Assembly (NCBI RefSeq): GCF_009914755.1
Contig: NC_060927.1
From: the human T2T-CHM13v2.0 reference genome, Homo sapiens
Strand: one strand, 5' to 3'
Length of the DNA: 64,000 nt
Every line of letters begins with the position of its first letter. Within the stretch, counting starts at the first letter, position 1. The notes under the pieces were generated by a model. The model did no database searches. It was not told where the DNA came from and saw only the letters and a program-made list of their open reading frames with translations. Below, one piece after another: positions 12,931-27,066 of the stretch. Position numbers and translations under genes: made by a program.

Positions 12931-13929
12931 AGGATGTTAAAACTGGACCCATTTTTCTCATTTATCCAAAATCTCAAATTGATAACAAGAAAGATAGGTG
13001 GCGAGTTTTCCCAAAATGAGGTGCCTGTTCATCTAAGTTGAGGTTGCCAAGGTGACGGCAGAGGGCCAAGTCTGTGGCTCCTGTCTGACCACCTGCTACA
13101 GCCAGTGACTTGCTCAAAAAGCAGGACTTAGAAGATGGTATCAGAAAAATTACTTTACTCCTCTCCTTACACCAATAAAAGAGGCTGCAGGTCTAGAGAT
13201 ACTCAGGAAACTATAGATGACTTCTTCAGAGAGTAGACTGTGTGTGGGGAGTGCCCTTGACATTTATGAGATGTACAGTAAGGACATTTGTCAGAGACCT
13301 TAATAAGAACAGTTTAGGGGATGCAGAGGGCAAACAACTGACACTGAAATAGACAACAGAGAAGCAACTAGCTGAGGCTGCTTGTAGTACTAGAGAATAC
13401 CTGAAGCAGCTTTAGTCCCACTGATCATATTAAAGGTCTTTGTTTCTCATGGATCAGATGGAACACACATGAGAAACACAGCAGGCCTAGTATTGCCATA
13501 GATCCTCCCTAAGGGGCCAGCTAGAAGGGCAAGGAGACCTCAGATGCAAGATGGGGGAGGTGAGGCGCCAGACGACCTAGCCTGAATTAGCACTGTAACC
13601 AACCAGATGGTGGAAATGTACTGGCCTCTGTGGAAAGAAAAGTAGGAGATGATCCCCAGTGATAGCACCCAGTGGGGAGGGGTTCCAGGAACCCACAGTG
13701 CTCTTTACAGAAGCAAGAGATGGCTTGTAATGTCCATCTGGCCATTTGAGACTGCCATTTTATATTAATTAGAATCAAATAGGACTTTATTGCCCCTTAA
13801 CTTTCTTCAGAAAAAAAACTGGGGAGAGAAATTCCTCAGGGAGAAAGGAAGAGGCTCCAGGGGAAGCATAGAGAAGAGTACTTGGGTTTAGGGGAGAAGG
13901 ATGAAGTATGTTTCTCTGATGCTACCTTG

Positions 13930-14369
13930 TGTATGAGTTTACAAGGGCTGCCATGACAAAGTACCATAAACTGAATGGCTTAGAAACAGAAATATATTAT
14001 CTCACAGTTCTGGAGACCAGAAGTTTGTGATCAAGTGTCAGCAGGATCAAGCCCCCTCTGAAGGTGCCACAGAAGAGTCTGTTCCAGGCCTTTTCCTTAG
14101 CTTCTAATAGTACTTTGGCTTGTGTCAGTAAGTCCAATCTTTACATAGCATCTCCGTGTGTGCCTGTGTGTGCGTGTGCCTGTGTGTGAATTTTCCCCTT
14201 TTTATAAAGACACTAGTCATATTAGATGAGCCCACCCTAGTGATTTCATTTTAACTTGATTACCACTTTAAATACCCTATCTGCAAATAACATCAAATTC
14301 AGCTGTACTGTGGATTTGGCTTCAAACATATATATATCTTTTTGGGGAGATGCAATTCAACCCATAACA
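13930..14369 (-). mobile_element. MLT1C/B (ERVL-MaLR) solo LTR
   Basis: tgtatgag..gctgccatgacaaagtaccataaactg..tctcacagttctggag..caattcaacccataaca. Confidence 0.85.
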
Positions 14370-14453
14370 TCCTACAAACCCTAATATTATGTGCAGGTTA
14401 TATAAGCAAGAGAGGGAATAATTGATGTATAGAGGGAGAGAATTTGAAGGTAA

Positions 14454-14963
<510 letters not shown>

Positions 14964-15189
14964 TCAAGAGAAGCAGCAGAAGAATTGCTGATGGGAAGCG
15001 GTAATAAAGAGTCAAAAAGATAAATAAGGATTGACTTGCATTATGGAGAAGCCAAAGGAAAACAGACACCATGAACTTTCAGTGGTTTCAAACCACATTG
15101 GTTGTACGATTTTTGTTTTTATAATTTTGTTTTTGGTCTCCAACAGTATTTAAGAATTTCAAGGTGGGAGAAGAGAAAGTGAATTTTTA

Positions 15190-15445
15190 AAGCAGCATGG
15201 CAGAAAAGCAAACCCACTTGGAACTGGACTAATACAGGTTTGGATTTTACCTTTGACAATAGTTGTACAGCAAATTTATAGGTTTTCTAGGAAGTTATAA
15301 TTTCATCATTTGCAAAATGGTTAAAGTAATACTCTATAAGATTTTTATGAAAATAAAAGGATAGACGGAAAGTGTTTATCTAATTATTGCTTGACACGTA
15401 GAAGGTAATCAATAAACAGATATTTCGTTATTGTTATTATTGTTC
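15190..15445 (+). mobile_element. MIR SINE (diverged)
   Basis: tttcatcatttgcaaaatgg..gcttgacacgtagaaggtaatcaataaa..ttattgttattatt. Confidence 0.55.
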
Positions 15446-15599
15446 TGTTTTCATTGTTAAGACTCTCATCATCAGTATTATCTATCTAATGGATAGAATG
15501 AACAAGGAGCTATCCAGGAAGTACACTGAGATCACAGGTAAAAAAAATATGAAAAAATACATTTTGATACCTTAAAGCACAGCTTTCAAGTAATGCGTG

Positions 15600-15848
15600 A
15601 CTAGTTCAAATGTCTGCCCAGCCATCCTGACCACACCATTCATTTTTCAACCCCTTATCCTGTTGGTTTTCTGAATGGCCTTATCATTGTCACACACCTC
15701 ATTATATGGTTATTTGTTTACTATCTTTTTTCCTCAGAGGTAAATGATATAAGACATGGGTTTATTTCTGTTTTACTTGTGTGTATCTGGCAATTAAACT
15801 AGAATCCAGCACACAGGAAATAATAAATATTCATTGATGGAATGAATG
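15600..15848 (+). mobile_element. L2 3' end
   Basis: ttatttgtttactatc..cagcacacaggaaataataaatattcattgatggaatgaatg. Confidence 0.55.
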
Positions 15849-17274
15849 CTTTGATGTCACAGCAGTGGAAAATGTCCAGTTAATATTCTAACACAAGTGG
15901 TTACATTAGTTTGAAATTAGGCTGAGAGGCCTTGACGTTTTCTAACAATCTGAGATACTAATTAATGAGGTGGTAGTCTATTGTCATTATCCCTAAATGG
16001 TATATTTTTAAAGTTCTGAAGACACAGTAAGTTTCACTTACTTTTAAATTTATACTAATTCCCCCAATTCAATAATCCATAGGATTTTCTGTCATTGATG
16101 TGATTTAGAAAAGTTTCACTCTGTCTGCTTAATAGCTTTTTCAAAGTGAGAACCAAGCTGATCACAAATACTAAATCAAGGAAATATTATCAACAGCAGC
16201 AAAGATACTGGTCTCCATGTGTTCATGCAAAATATCCATTTTAATTTAACTGTAGTTTATATGATATTGGTTTGTTTCGAGGGCAACTGAAACTTTTCTT
16301 CAAAAATTAACTCCCAATACTTGCTTCGTGGGATAGGAAGCATTCTGAATGAAAATATCACTACAAGCAATGGAAATTAAAACACCTCAAATGAAATCTT
16401 ATTTTTATAATTGAGATGGAAAAATTTGAATATATAGAATTTAGGTGAAAGGGATGTTTGCCTGAATTTCTCAGCCTCTATAGTGCACAGCTTTGAAAGC
16501 GCTACAGTGCCAGGAATATGCTGGCTCAGCACAGAAACCTAGAAGGAGAAATAATAGCAAATGACTGCCTCAGGTTTGCCCAAATAAATTCCTCCAGATA
16601 TCTCTAAGAATACAACAATCCAGAGAAATCATTTTCAAAGTGTGCTCTTACCCTTAACTCAATTTTGCTCCTCCAAATAGACTTGTTTGTGCTTTGCTCT
16701 GATTAGATTTAAAACTATTATTATCATTACTGATTTGGTAAAACTCATTAATGTAAGCATGACTTTTCTCAAAATACACTTGAAGAAATATCAGGATTAA
16801 GACTTACTGGTTTCCTACCAAAACAAGTCCTATTTATTTGCAAAGGAGCTAAACATAGGTCTTTAACAGATTTTAAATTTAAATTAAATTTAATTACATT
16901 TAAGAGACATTCACTCTCTCCACCAGTTTTTCTACTTCTTTTACCTCAATTGGTCTATAGCCCTCTGAAGTTAATTTCCAAAAACTATTTACTCACATGC
17001 AAGATAACGCCAAGAAATAAGATGCAGATTAGTGATTTTTTAAACCATGCATTGTGGATTGTAAAGTCCACTTGTTTTATATTTTACAAAATGAAATAGA
17101 ATAGAATAGAATGCAGAATGTCAGAGTAAGTGACATATTGTAAAAATAAGCATTTTTTGGACAATTTCTATTGCGTGTATGTATTTGGTCCTATGTAAAG
17201 TGTGATTTTTACAATAAACTCCAATCAGAAAAGCTTGAAAAACATAGGAGAAGAGAAGAAAATAGAATTTAGAG

Positions 17275-17450
17275 GTAAATAGGACTAGCCTGAATGGTGG
17301 CTGTAACACTCCCTGCATGATATCAAGTAAGTCACGTAACCTCTCAGAGCTTTAAGTTTCTCATCTAAAATGGTGAGAATTCCAGGTATTGTTGATGTGG
17401 AAGAGTATTGGTAGATTAGAAGCATTGTAGACATAAGGCAGAACAAACTG
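17275..17450 (+). mobile_element. MIR fragment
   Basis: aagtcacgtaacctctcagagctttaagtttctcatctaaaatgg matches the MIR core. Confidence 0.55.
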
Positions 17451-19059
17451 GATTGTCATCGTACCTCATCCACATCTGCTTTTAGCACAGATACACATCA
17501 TTCCAAATATGAATTGCACATTTATGGAAGGGAAGGAGGTATGACACAAAATGTAAAACATGGTAAAAAATAATAACAAACAAAAAAGTGCCTTGCACAG
17601 ACAGCTTATTCTTAAATGGCACTCATGTCATCGAGCTGTTTTACTGCACTGGTCTGTGGTCTGGGAGTTAGCACATGAGATATGCAAAGATGAGTCATGA
17701 TCTCCATAAATAATATTTTAAAAGGCTACTTAACTAGCCTTTATGTGAAATATAAACCTCTAAGCACTTTATTGTGTCCTTAAATAATTTAGCTCATTGA
17801 ATGTTTTCCCCCTGAACTCATTCAAATCAGTTATCTTTAGAAGTTCATTTGAAATTCTAGCCATGCCAAGACAGAGTACCAACAGTATTCTGAAGGTTGA
17901 AAGTTGCATGGAAATTGAGAATTGGCAACAAGGAGAATTTCCCTCTCGTCAAGTCTAGCTATTTTAGAACTCAGATAATTAAAAAAGAGATATTCCACAT
18001 TTTATCAAAGCCATGGTTGTAAATTCTAGTTCCCTAATAAGGCAACCATCTCTGCAGACTTTTAATAATATCACTTGAAATTGTATTTAGTTTTTAAATT
18101 TTATCTTGCAAACGGAAAATTATTTTCATTGTACAGGTTGTATAGCTCAATTTAAACATAATCATTGCCTTAGATAACTTACAAAAACAACTTTTAACAT
18201 GTTCAAAACTTTCACCTGGACTTAGGAAGTTCAAAAATATCCAATGATAGAATACTTGTTTCTGTGTCTCGAGGCAGTTAGATACATGTTTTCCATTCCT
18301 TAAAACCTCTTAAATTTTTAAACTTGCATAGTCATATATATCAAAACGTATTTTTAAATTGCACTAAGCTAGATAATTTCTGATTTATTTTCCTTTGAAC
18401 AACATAACAAGAAAAACAACAGTATTACCTCTATAATAATTAAAGTTAAACAAATTGAGACCATTAGGTTAATAATCCACTGTCACAAATACTATCTTAA
18501 GAACTAGTATGTTATACTTAGTCAATTCATGTAATATTACCTCTTGGAGAGCACGATTTGTTAAAAAATTAAGATTAAAATATTATATTGGCATAAATGC
18601 AAAGAAAAATTTTTGAGCAAATGTTTGAAGCCAAAAACATCCCTGAGTTTTAAACTTTCTAATTCTTTCTGATTTGCTCTTTCCTTTCTTTTGCAATATG
18701 ATTTATCTTTGTGATGAAAACACACTTTTATTTATTTTCAGCTGAAAGACTAGTTATAGCTATGACTTTACAACAGCAAAGCTCACCTTATTTTGTTTAA
18801 AGACCTTCTTTGTAATTATTTATACTTAATATAGTTTGTGAGTTGTAATTATCCTCTAAATTCATGGTATATGGGCTCCCTCCAGTGGCTAAGTTAGCAT
18901 CCACAGATCTGAAATGTCTATTTTAAATGACTGATATATTTAAGTAATGATCAGCAATGGTTTCAATATTGCTGAGTTTAAATCTTACAAGCAGCAATAA
19001 GTTTTAGGTGAGCATATAACTGCAGTGTTACAACCCTTTCAGAAGAAACGTAGAGCTTG

Positions 19060-20110
<1,051 letters not shown>

Positions 20111-20501
20111 TTGATTTACATTAAAATCAAAAATTTTGTGTCTAATTTGTAGAACTTTTTAAAATGTCAAATGATGTCACCAAAATTTTTGCGGTTTCGA
20201 CAATGACAATTATTTTAATTAGAGAAATAGTTACTTGGGCCACATTAAAGTAAAATTTTTGACTTGTGTAAGGAATTCCTCTCTTCGACATTTGGAATTA
20301 ATGAGGCTCCTGATATATCCCTGCTCCCATGACAATATGACAGTAAGAGAGATGTTGTGACTCTATGTTTCCACTGGCAAGAATGTTAATGGAAACCAGA
20401 AAAAAAGAAGCTTGGGATGCCTGTAATTACATCACCTGAACAGTTTACATGATAAACATGTTAAGTTTGAGTAGGAAAGAGCTGACCTTTGGGATCTTTG
20501 A

Positions 20502-21109
20502 TGCTTTGGATATATGTCACTCGTGGCTGCCTCAAGTATCTATATTTTAATAGATACTTACCCATGGTGTAGATACCAACTTCCTAAAGGTAAATGAAAA
20601 AAACAAAATAAAACAAAAAATTTCTCTGCCTCCCTTAACACTAAGGCACATATATGTGATTTGGGTTCTACAATCAGATATACCTATGGGGTACTTTAAT
20701 TTTGAACTGAATTATATGGGGGCAAAGAGGTGGGGCCTGGGCCTTTTTTTCCCCCTGGTATATTTTTATGAACAGGGCAGCACGTCCCTCGAACCAACAG
20801 CTATAAAAGAGCTTCCTATTTAGGAGGTACTTGATTGTGGTACAAATTGTGTGATTTTAGAGGCAGAAATTACAGTATTATTTTTCTGATGCAATGATGC
20901 ATGGATATGAGAGACGCAGTAGTTCCTTTTTGGGAGTGTCAGGGGGTGGGAAGGGCTCATGATATGATATCAGAAAATGTTCTTGACATTCGCACTAGGT
21001 TCTGTGTTTGTATTTCTCCAATGTGTTCTTAATACTTTTTTTTTTTTTAAATGCTTAAACTAGACAGAGGTGAGTTTGTTGTCTGCAATGGAGAATTCTG
21101 GCCAAGACA
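20502..21109 (+). mobile_element. LTR33-like ERVL LTR
   Basis: gcctcccttaacactaaggcac..atgtgatttgggttctacaatcagat and 3' end tgcttaaactagacagag..tgttgtctgcaa..gaca. Confidence 0.6.
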
Positions 21110-22110
21110 CAGACTTCTAGAAGTCATTGTAGGCAGCAAAACTTTAAGAAAAAAACTGGGATCATTTTTCTGATGGCTGTGTTTGTAGGCAGTGAGGAAT
21201 GAGTTACAATTAGAGTATGGAATATTGGTAGTCCTTGAAAGGCAGTCATGAAATAGCTACTGCTGACGTTATCACCCAAGTACACATGAATACAGACCTA
21301 TTAAAGGCAAGACTTTGGCTGATCAGATGGAGGCTGCAATAGTCTTGCCCCTTTCGACTCTGCTAGTTTGGAGGGGTTTTTTACTACCTGAGATAAGAAT
21401 GCTTAGACCAGAGAATACAATAATGGTTCTCTTGAGCCTGCCACATGGCTATTTCAGAATTCTCACATTATTGATAAACAGGCAAGAGGGGGATTAATAC
21501 ATTGCCTGGGTGACTGATATTGATTACTAAGAACTATATAGTAAGAACAATATAATAAGAACATATACCTCAAACACAGGAGATCCAATGTGCTTCTTCT
21601 GAGTATCCGTAGTCTCATGACTAGCTGCAAAATCAAGACTGTGGCGGCTATCCTTATTTTATTTTATGCCCCTTACGGCATCATGTATTTATTTAGCTAA
21701 CTAAATTCTCCTTTTTTCTACTTCCATTTCTCCTTACTATTTTATATAGGGTGTGCTGATTGTGGCTAACTCTCATTTATTTTCTAGGTTTCAGACGATT
21801 AAGATGAGACAGTGACTGAGCAAGAGGAGAAACAAACATCAAACAGATTTTTTTTTCCAGGTAAGCTATGAACCATCTGGTGGATTGGATGACATGTTCA
21901 GAGAAGGCATCTTGCTTCTCCTCTAGCCCACCCTAGTTGCACAGTGGGTGTATGGGTGCACAAACAGAAATTTTTGATTTAGGATTATATGCGCAGAACT
22001 TCATATAGATGCATTCATGTGATCACCATATTAATTTAACCAAGACTGAGACTGGAGTCTTATCTTAGTGTGTATCGAAAAGAAGACAGCTAAAGCCTAA
22101 TCAATACCCA
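21110..22110 (+). mobile_element. ERVL internal sequence (ERV3-16A3_I/ERVL-E-like), internally deleted, with dUTPase remnant
   Basis: Directly follows the LTR; ORF 21315-21497 LLPEIRMLRPENTIMVLLSLPHGYFRIL aligns with ERVL dUTPase LVPEGGMLPPGDTTMIPL..LPPGHFGLL. Confidence 0.6.
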
Positions 22111-22830
22111 GCATGGATTTATTATTTTTGTTGTTATTTGTTAGTTTTTAAAAAACTGAACCATCTAGCTTCCACCTTTATATCAACCAAAACTTATTGT
22201 TCCTCTTTATCCACCTAGAGGTTTATTTTATAAACATAGAAAGATGACTAAATCATGTGCACTGGGATTGTATTTTTGTATCGTCAAATGTTAGACTAGG
22301 AAGTATGTGAATGAAAATGTACAACTTTCCATCCCTCTAGCATTTAAGTATTACTTTTGAGGCCAATTTATTTTAAAACAAAAAAGAAACAATGCACAAT
22401 AAGGAGATAAAATTACATTTCAGTGATGTTCGATATCACAAAACATTTTATTATCACCGAACAATGAAGACACCTGGGCACATATTCGCTAATAAAACCC
22501 CCCTGAGATCAAGCCTAATGGCTCTACTCTATACTAACACAGCTCATTGTAATGGAATTTTCCTAATATAGATACCTGAATTTGATTTCTGGAGAGTTTC
22601 ATTTTCATTGCTATTGGAAGACAAACTTCCTACATAAACACATAAGAAAATGTTGTTCATGCAGAAACTACTTCCAGATTTTTTTCTATGTATAGTTCTG
22701 TATTGTTTCATATTATTTATACTTCTAGTCTGCTTCATTTCAGTTACTGGAAAAGAACTAAAGTAGATAGATATATTATAACTTCCAATTTACCAGAAGT
22801 TGTAAATGCAACATCTCTAGTCATTGTGAA

Positions 22831-23570
22831 TGTGTCAGTTAGGAAGCATTAGCCAAAGTAACACAAGCCAACTAAAGATTACAAAAACAATAGGCCCTTT
22901 TTCAAGTAACAGAAGCCTGAAAGTCACTGTTTTCTGGACTGATTGATGAAGCAACTCAATTATGACAAGTTTTCCCTGATCTTATAATCTTTCCCCTGAT
23001 AAAGCAAAGGCTACCACGACTCTCAGCATCACATTCATAAAGATAATCTCTAAACCAAAGAAATAAAGGAGACATTTTTCCCTACGCATCTCCAGTTTTA
23101 CTGGACAGGAAAATCTTTCTGAGGACCCCTCAGATGACTTCTCCTCACGTCTCATTGGCCAGAACGGGGTCACATGCCATTTTCCCCATTACAAGCAATT
23201 AGGAATGAGATTATAATATTCACATTAGGGCAAAGTTGAGTTATTCCCTCAGACAATAGTTCCCATCAGGAGAACGGGATGTTTATTATTCCCCAGTTGG
23301 ACATTTTTCAATGCCTGGAGATATTCCTGGCTGTCACAACTTAGGCAGGAGGGTGTCCTACTAGCATATAGCATCTAGATGCCAAGAATGTTACTGTACG
23401 TGCTACAATGCCCAGGACAGTGCCCTATGACAAAAAATTATCTGGCCCAAAGTATCAATAGTGCCACAGTTGAGAAACCCTGTCTTAGGATTTAGCTCAC
23501 CCTCCCTGGTCAAACTGCCTTTTGATATATAAATAAAATCAAGATTCCTTTCACGAGGAAGCAATAGTTT
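22831..23570 (-). mobile_element. Old MLT1 (K/L-like) MaLR LTR interrupted by MER20
   Basis: gacttctcctcacgtctcattggccagaacggggtcacatgcc is the diagnostic old-MLT1 motif; resumes after 23482. Confidence 0.65.
23254..23482 (+). mobile_element. MER20 (hAT-Charlie)
   Basis: ggacatttttcaatgcctggaga..tacaatgcccaggacag..aattatctggcccaaagtatcaatagtgccacagttgagaaaccctg. Confidence 0.9.
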
Positions 23571-23599
23571 CTCCCACCGGGGAAAAGAATCTATTAGAT

Positions 23600-23788
23600 C
23601 AGTGGTTCTCAAATTTCAGAAAACATCAGAGTTATCTAAAGGGCTTGTTAAGCACACATTACTGGTCCCCATTCCCAGACATTCTAATTCAATATGTCTG
23701 GGATGGAGGCTCAAAACTTTGCATTTACAACAAGTTCCCAGGTGACAATTATGCAGTTGCTCTAGGCACCACATCTCCAGAACCACTG
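23600..23788 (+). mobile_element. MER5A (hAT-Charlie MITE), full length
   Basis: TIRs cagtggttctc / gaaccactg; ttagat on both flanks (partial TSD). Confidence 0.9.
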
Positions 23789-24259
23789 TTAGATCATGCC
23801 CCAGGAGACTGTGAATAAACATTTATCAGTTGTGACATTAGACACCTAACTGAACCTTTTGTGGCTTCTGCTTTCTCCCTGGTAAAATGAACAATATATT
23901 AAAGGTTTACTGCTTTATATTTGGTGCCTTTATGTTTGCTTTATATTTGCTCCTACTAAACATAATATATTTGCTATACTAAAGTTTTATTGCTTTATAT
24001 TTAAATTCTCTGTAGCCAAATTTCCCACTAAAATGATGATTCCTCCCTGCCCTACTCCCAATAGTATCAGAAAAGTTGAAGTCTTGCTTAAGATATAGTA
24101 AAAATGGAACAACTTTAACTAATAAACAGACCAGTTGAATTCCTTCTAAGTAAAAGACCAAAAACAGCTAGCTTCAATGTCAGGTGACACGGTTTAAGTT
24201 AAGTGGTTGGGCAGGTGGCAAGACATGCTTTTCAACCCTATGTTCAAAAAAAGCACTTG

Positions 24260-24860
24260 AGAAACTGCACTAAGAGTCTAAGTAGGTTATTTACAAAACA
24301 AGAAACACAAATTGCTAGTGAGAAAATGTTCAACCTAACAAAAATCAAAGATATGCCAATTAAAACAACCATGAGATACTTTCTATGTTTCAACAAAGAT
24401 AAAAGCAGAAAAGGGAAACATTGAATGTTGGCAATTTAGAGGAAAACAGTTGGAGCCACATCTCACCTTATTTAGCAAATTTAACTCTAGTTGGATAACA
24501 GAGTCAAATGTGAAAGGCAAATCAAATTATGGAAAAAATCAAATGGAAAATAAAATGGAATATTTTCAGATCAATGGAAGAAAGCAACCTACCCAGCTTC
24601 AACACATGAGAAAAACATTGTGACCTCTTTATAATAATGTTGTTATTGATTACAATTATATATCTTTGCTGATTACTATAACAAAAAGAAAAACAAAGAT
24701 CTTAGAAAAATGTCAATTTAAATATATGAGAAAAGTGGTTAAGATGCATACTTTATTAGTGTTCATTTAGGTTCTTAGAAAAATAGCAAAACAAAGCAAT
24801 AGATACATGGGGCCAGAATAAGAACTGACAATTCAGAGAAGACAGACTATAGTATGGACT
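24260..24860 (+). mobile_element. Old L1M ORF2 3' fragments
   Basis: ORF 24203-24424 contains IKDMPIKTTMRYF, matching L1 ORF2 [13 protein letters not shown]. Confidence 0.6.
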
Positions 24861-25089
24861 TAAACCAAGAAGTTAAATTGAAAAAATAAAAATAGTGGTA
24901 TTAGCTTGTTGTCAATATAAAAGACATACAATACATATGTACATACATACACACGTTAAAAGAAAAATAATTCATTGTGATTTGTTCAGTAGGTGGTACT
25001 TGGCACCTAGTAAAAGGTCTCTAGTGACTGACTTTGGCCTTGCACTGGGATAAAAGCTGGTAATTAATTAAGTCCCCATGCCTGGACAT

Positions 25090-25420
25090 CATCTAATTTA
25101 GTTCATACAATAGCCCTCCCAGGAAAGCACTATAATCTCCACTTTATAGATGACGACACTAAGGTTCAGAGAGGTAAAGCCACCAGCCAGGTCTTGCCTG
25201 GCATCCATGCCTGTGCTCTTCCTACTGTAATCTTGGTATTGCCCTTGGATGATGATAATAAACATCATAACACTAATGAGCAACATTTATTGAGTAGCAA
25301 GTGCTGCGCTAAGCAAATTGGCTGCATTATTTTATTTAATTCTCAATATAATCCTGTTATCTATTTCCATTTATAGATGATAAAATTAAAAGGCTATGTT
25401 TAAGGTCATAGAACGGTTAA
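25090..25420 (-). mobile_element. Two adjacent MIR fragments
   Basis: ctccactttatagatgacgacactaaggttcagagaggt and aacatttattgagtagc..ccatttatagatga. Confidence 0.6.
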
Positions 25421-25422
25421 AT

Positions 25423-25480
25423 CCTTGTGATCCCCCTGCCTCGGCATCCCAAAGTGCTGGGATTACAGGCGTGAGCCACT
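25423..25480 (-). mobile_element. 58-bp Alu left-arm 5' fragment (AluY/Sc-type), no poly-A tail
   Basis: ccttgtgatccccctgcctcggcatcccaaagtgctgggattacaggcgtgagccact. Confidence 0.9.
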
Positions 25481-25714
25481 TATTTACCTCTTAATTTCCA
25501 CCCACGCCTCCCAAGCCTAAACTTCGGTTTACAGTTGAATCTTCATCATCATATTTACCAATGCTTTATCTCCAAAGTTTGGAAGCATATAGAAAGCTGA
25601 GAATTAAAACAAACTAAGAAGCTTCCTGTCTCTCAAAAAGTACATTAAACAGCTACCAACATACACATTAGGCAATAATGTAATAATAGTGTGGGAGTAG
25701 GATAGTTACAGGAG

Positions 25715-25940
25715 TAATAAAAATGGTTGGTGTGCATTGCATGCATTGTGGATGCCAGGCACTGTGATATAAGCTTTAGAAACACTGCCATTTAATCCTC
25801 ACAGCAATCTAAGGTACATCATTATCCTCATTCCACAGATGAGATTAAAGTTTAGGATGGTTAAATAAACAGTTCACTGGTAGTGTCGCAATCTGATACT
25901 TTATTTAGCACCAAAGCTTACGTGTTCGACCAATGTATTA
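25715..25940 (-). mobile_element. MIR SINE
   Basis: atgccaggcactgtg..catttaatcctcacagcaatc..attatcctcattccacagatgag. Confidence 0.7.
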
Positions 25941-26564
25941 ACTTGCAAAACAAGCAACTTTGAAGAAAGCTATAAATGTGACAAGTATTAGGGGATAAGT
26001 TGGTACAGGAAGACCCAGACTAACAGGTTATTTGAGGTTAAAAAGGAAAGTAGAAATACTTGGATAACGAAAGAAGAATCTCAGCAAAGGGAAGGAAGAC
26101 ACAGAAGAGCGTTCAGTCTAGTATTAAAACTACCATGTTTAGTTCCCTTGTTTCCTCGTATCAGCTTTCAAGAATGGCAGGATGGTCGCAGTCTCTCTGT
26201 CCATTGGGTGATAAGCTATTCTTTATTCCCTTTGGTCTCCTGAAACATGACACTAAACTTCAAGTTCCATTCAGTAATGAAATTCAAGGTTGTGCCTAGA
26301 GAATTAGATTAAAAGTTTCTTTCATTCATGACAAAACATTTGTAGAAATCTGTATTACCTATACACATTTAAAACTTTATTTCAAATTAAATTTAAGCTT
26401 AAAACCTTCAAGGATACACAATTCTTTTGTAATGCTCTCAATGGTCATCATGGTCTCAAGGGCTCATAAAGGCCTCAAACAGTAAAAATAGGTCTTCTAG
26501 TCCATGATTTAACTGAGACAAGTATGACTTGTGTTGTTCTATGTTAGGGTGGGAAATGTCATAG

Positions 26565-26720
26565 GGCTTCATTTGTTCTAGTTCCTTCATTTTACAGAAA
26601 CAAAAATAGAGATCGATCCAGAGGGATGATGTGACTTTGCCAAGGTGATCACCGGTATCTTGGTAGGAAATAGCGGAGTATCTGATGGGAATAGATCAAG
26701 TTACATGACTTTGTTTTCTC
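26565..26720 (-). mobile_element. MIR/MIR3 fragment
   Basis: ccttcattttacaga..gtgactttgccaaggtga. Confidence 0.5.
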
Positions 26721-26949
26721 CTATTCCTTTTCCTCCTTTTATAGAATCAAGTAGCTTTCATTGAGACGATAAACGAAAAGAAAGGGGTTCTCCAGGAGTA
26801 GAAATTAATCGGTCTTTTTAAAGAAACAGCAGAATGGTGTCATTGAAAATTATTTTTCTTAAGTCACTATTTTTATTTATTTCTAAAACTTTATCTTCAA
26901 GGAAGCAAGGCAGAGTCATTTAAAAGAAAATGGCATTTTAAAAAACTGT

Positions 26950-27066
26950 TGCTAGATGACGAGTTAGTGGGTGCAGCACACCAGCATGTCACATGTATAC
27001 ATATGCATATGTAACTAACCTGCACATTGTGTACATGTACCCTAAAACTTAAAGTATAATAATAAT
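26950..27066 (+). mobile_element. Young L1PA2/L1PA3 3'-terminal insertion (~117 bp, heavily 5'-truncated)
   Basis: gctagatgacgagttagtgggtgcagc..ccctaaaacttaaagtataat; TSD taaaaaactg at 26939-26948 and 27067-27076. Confidence 0.9.
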
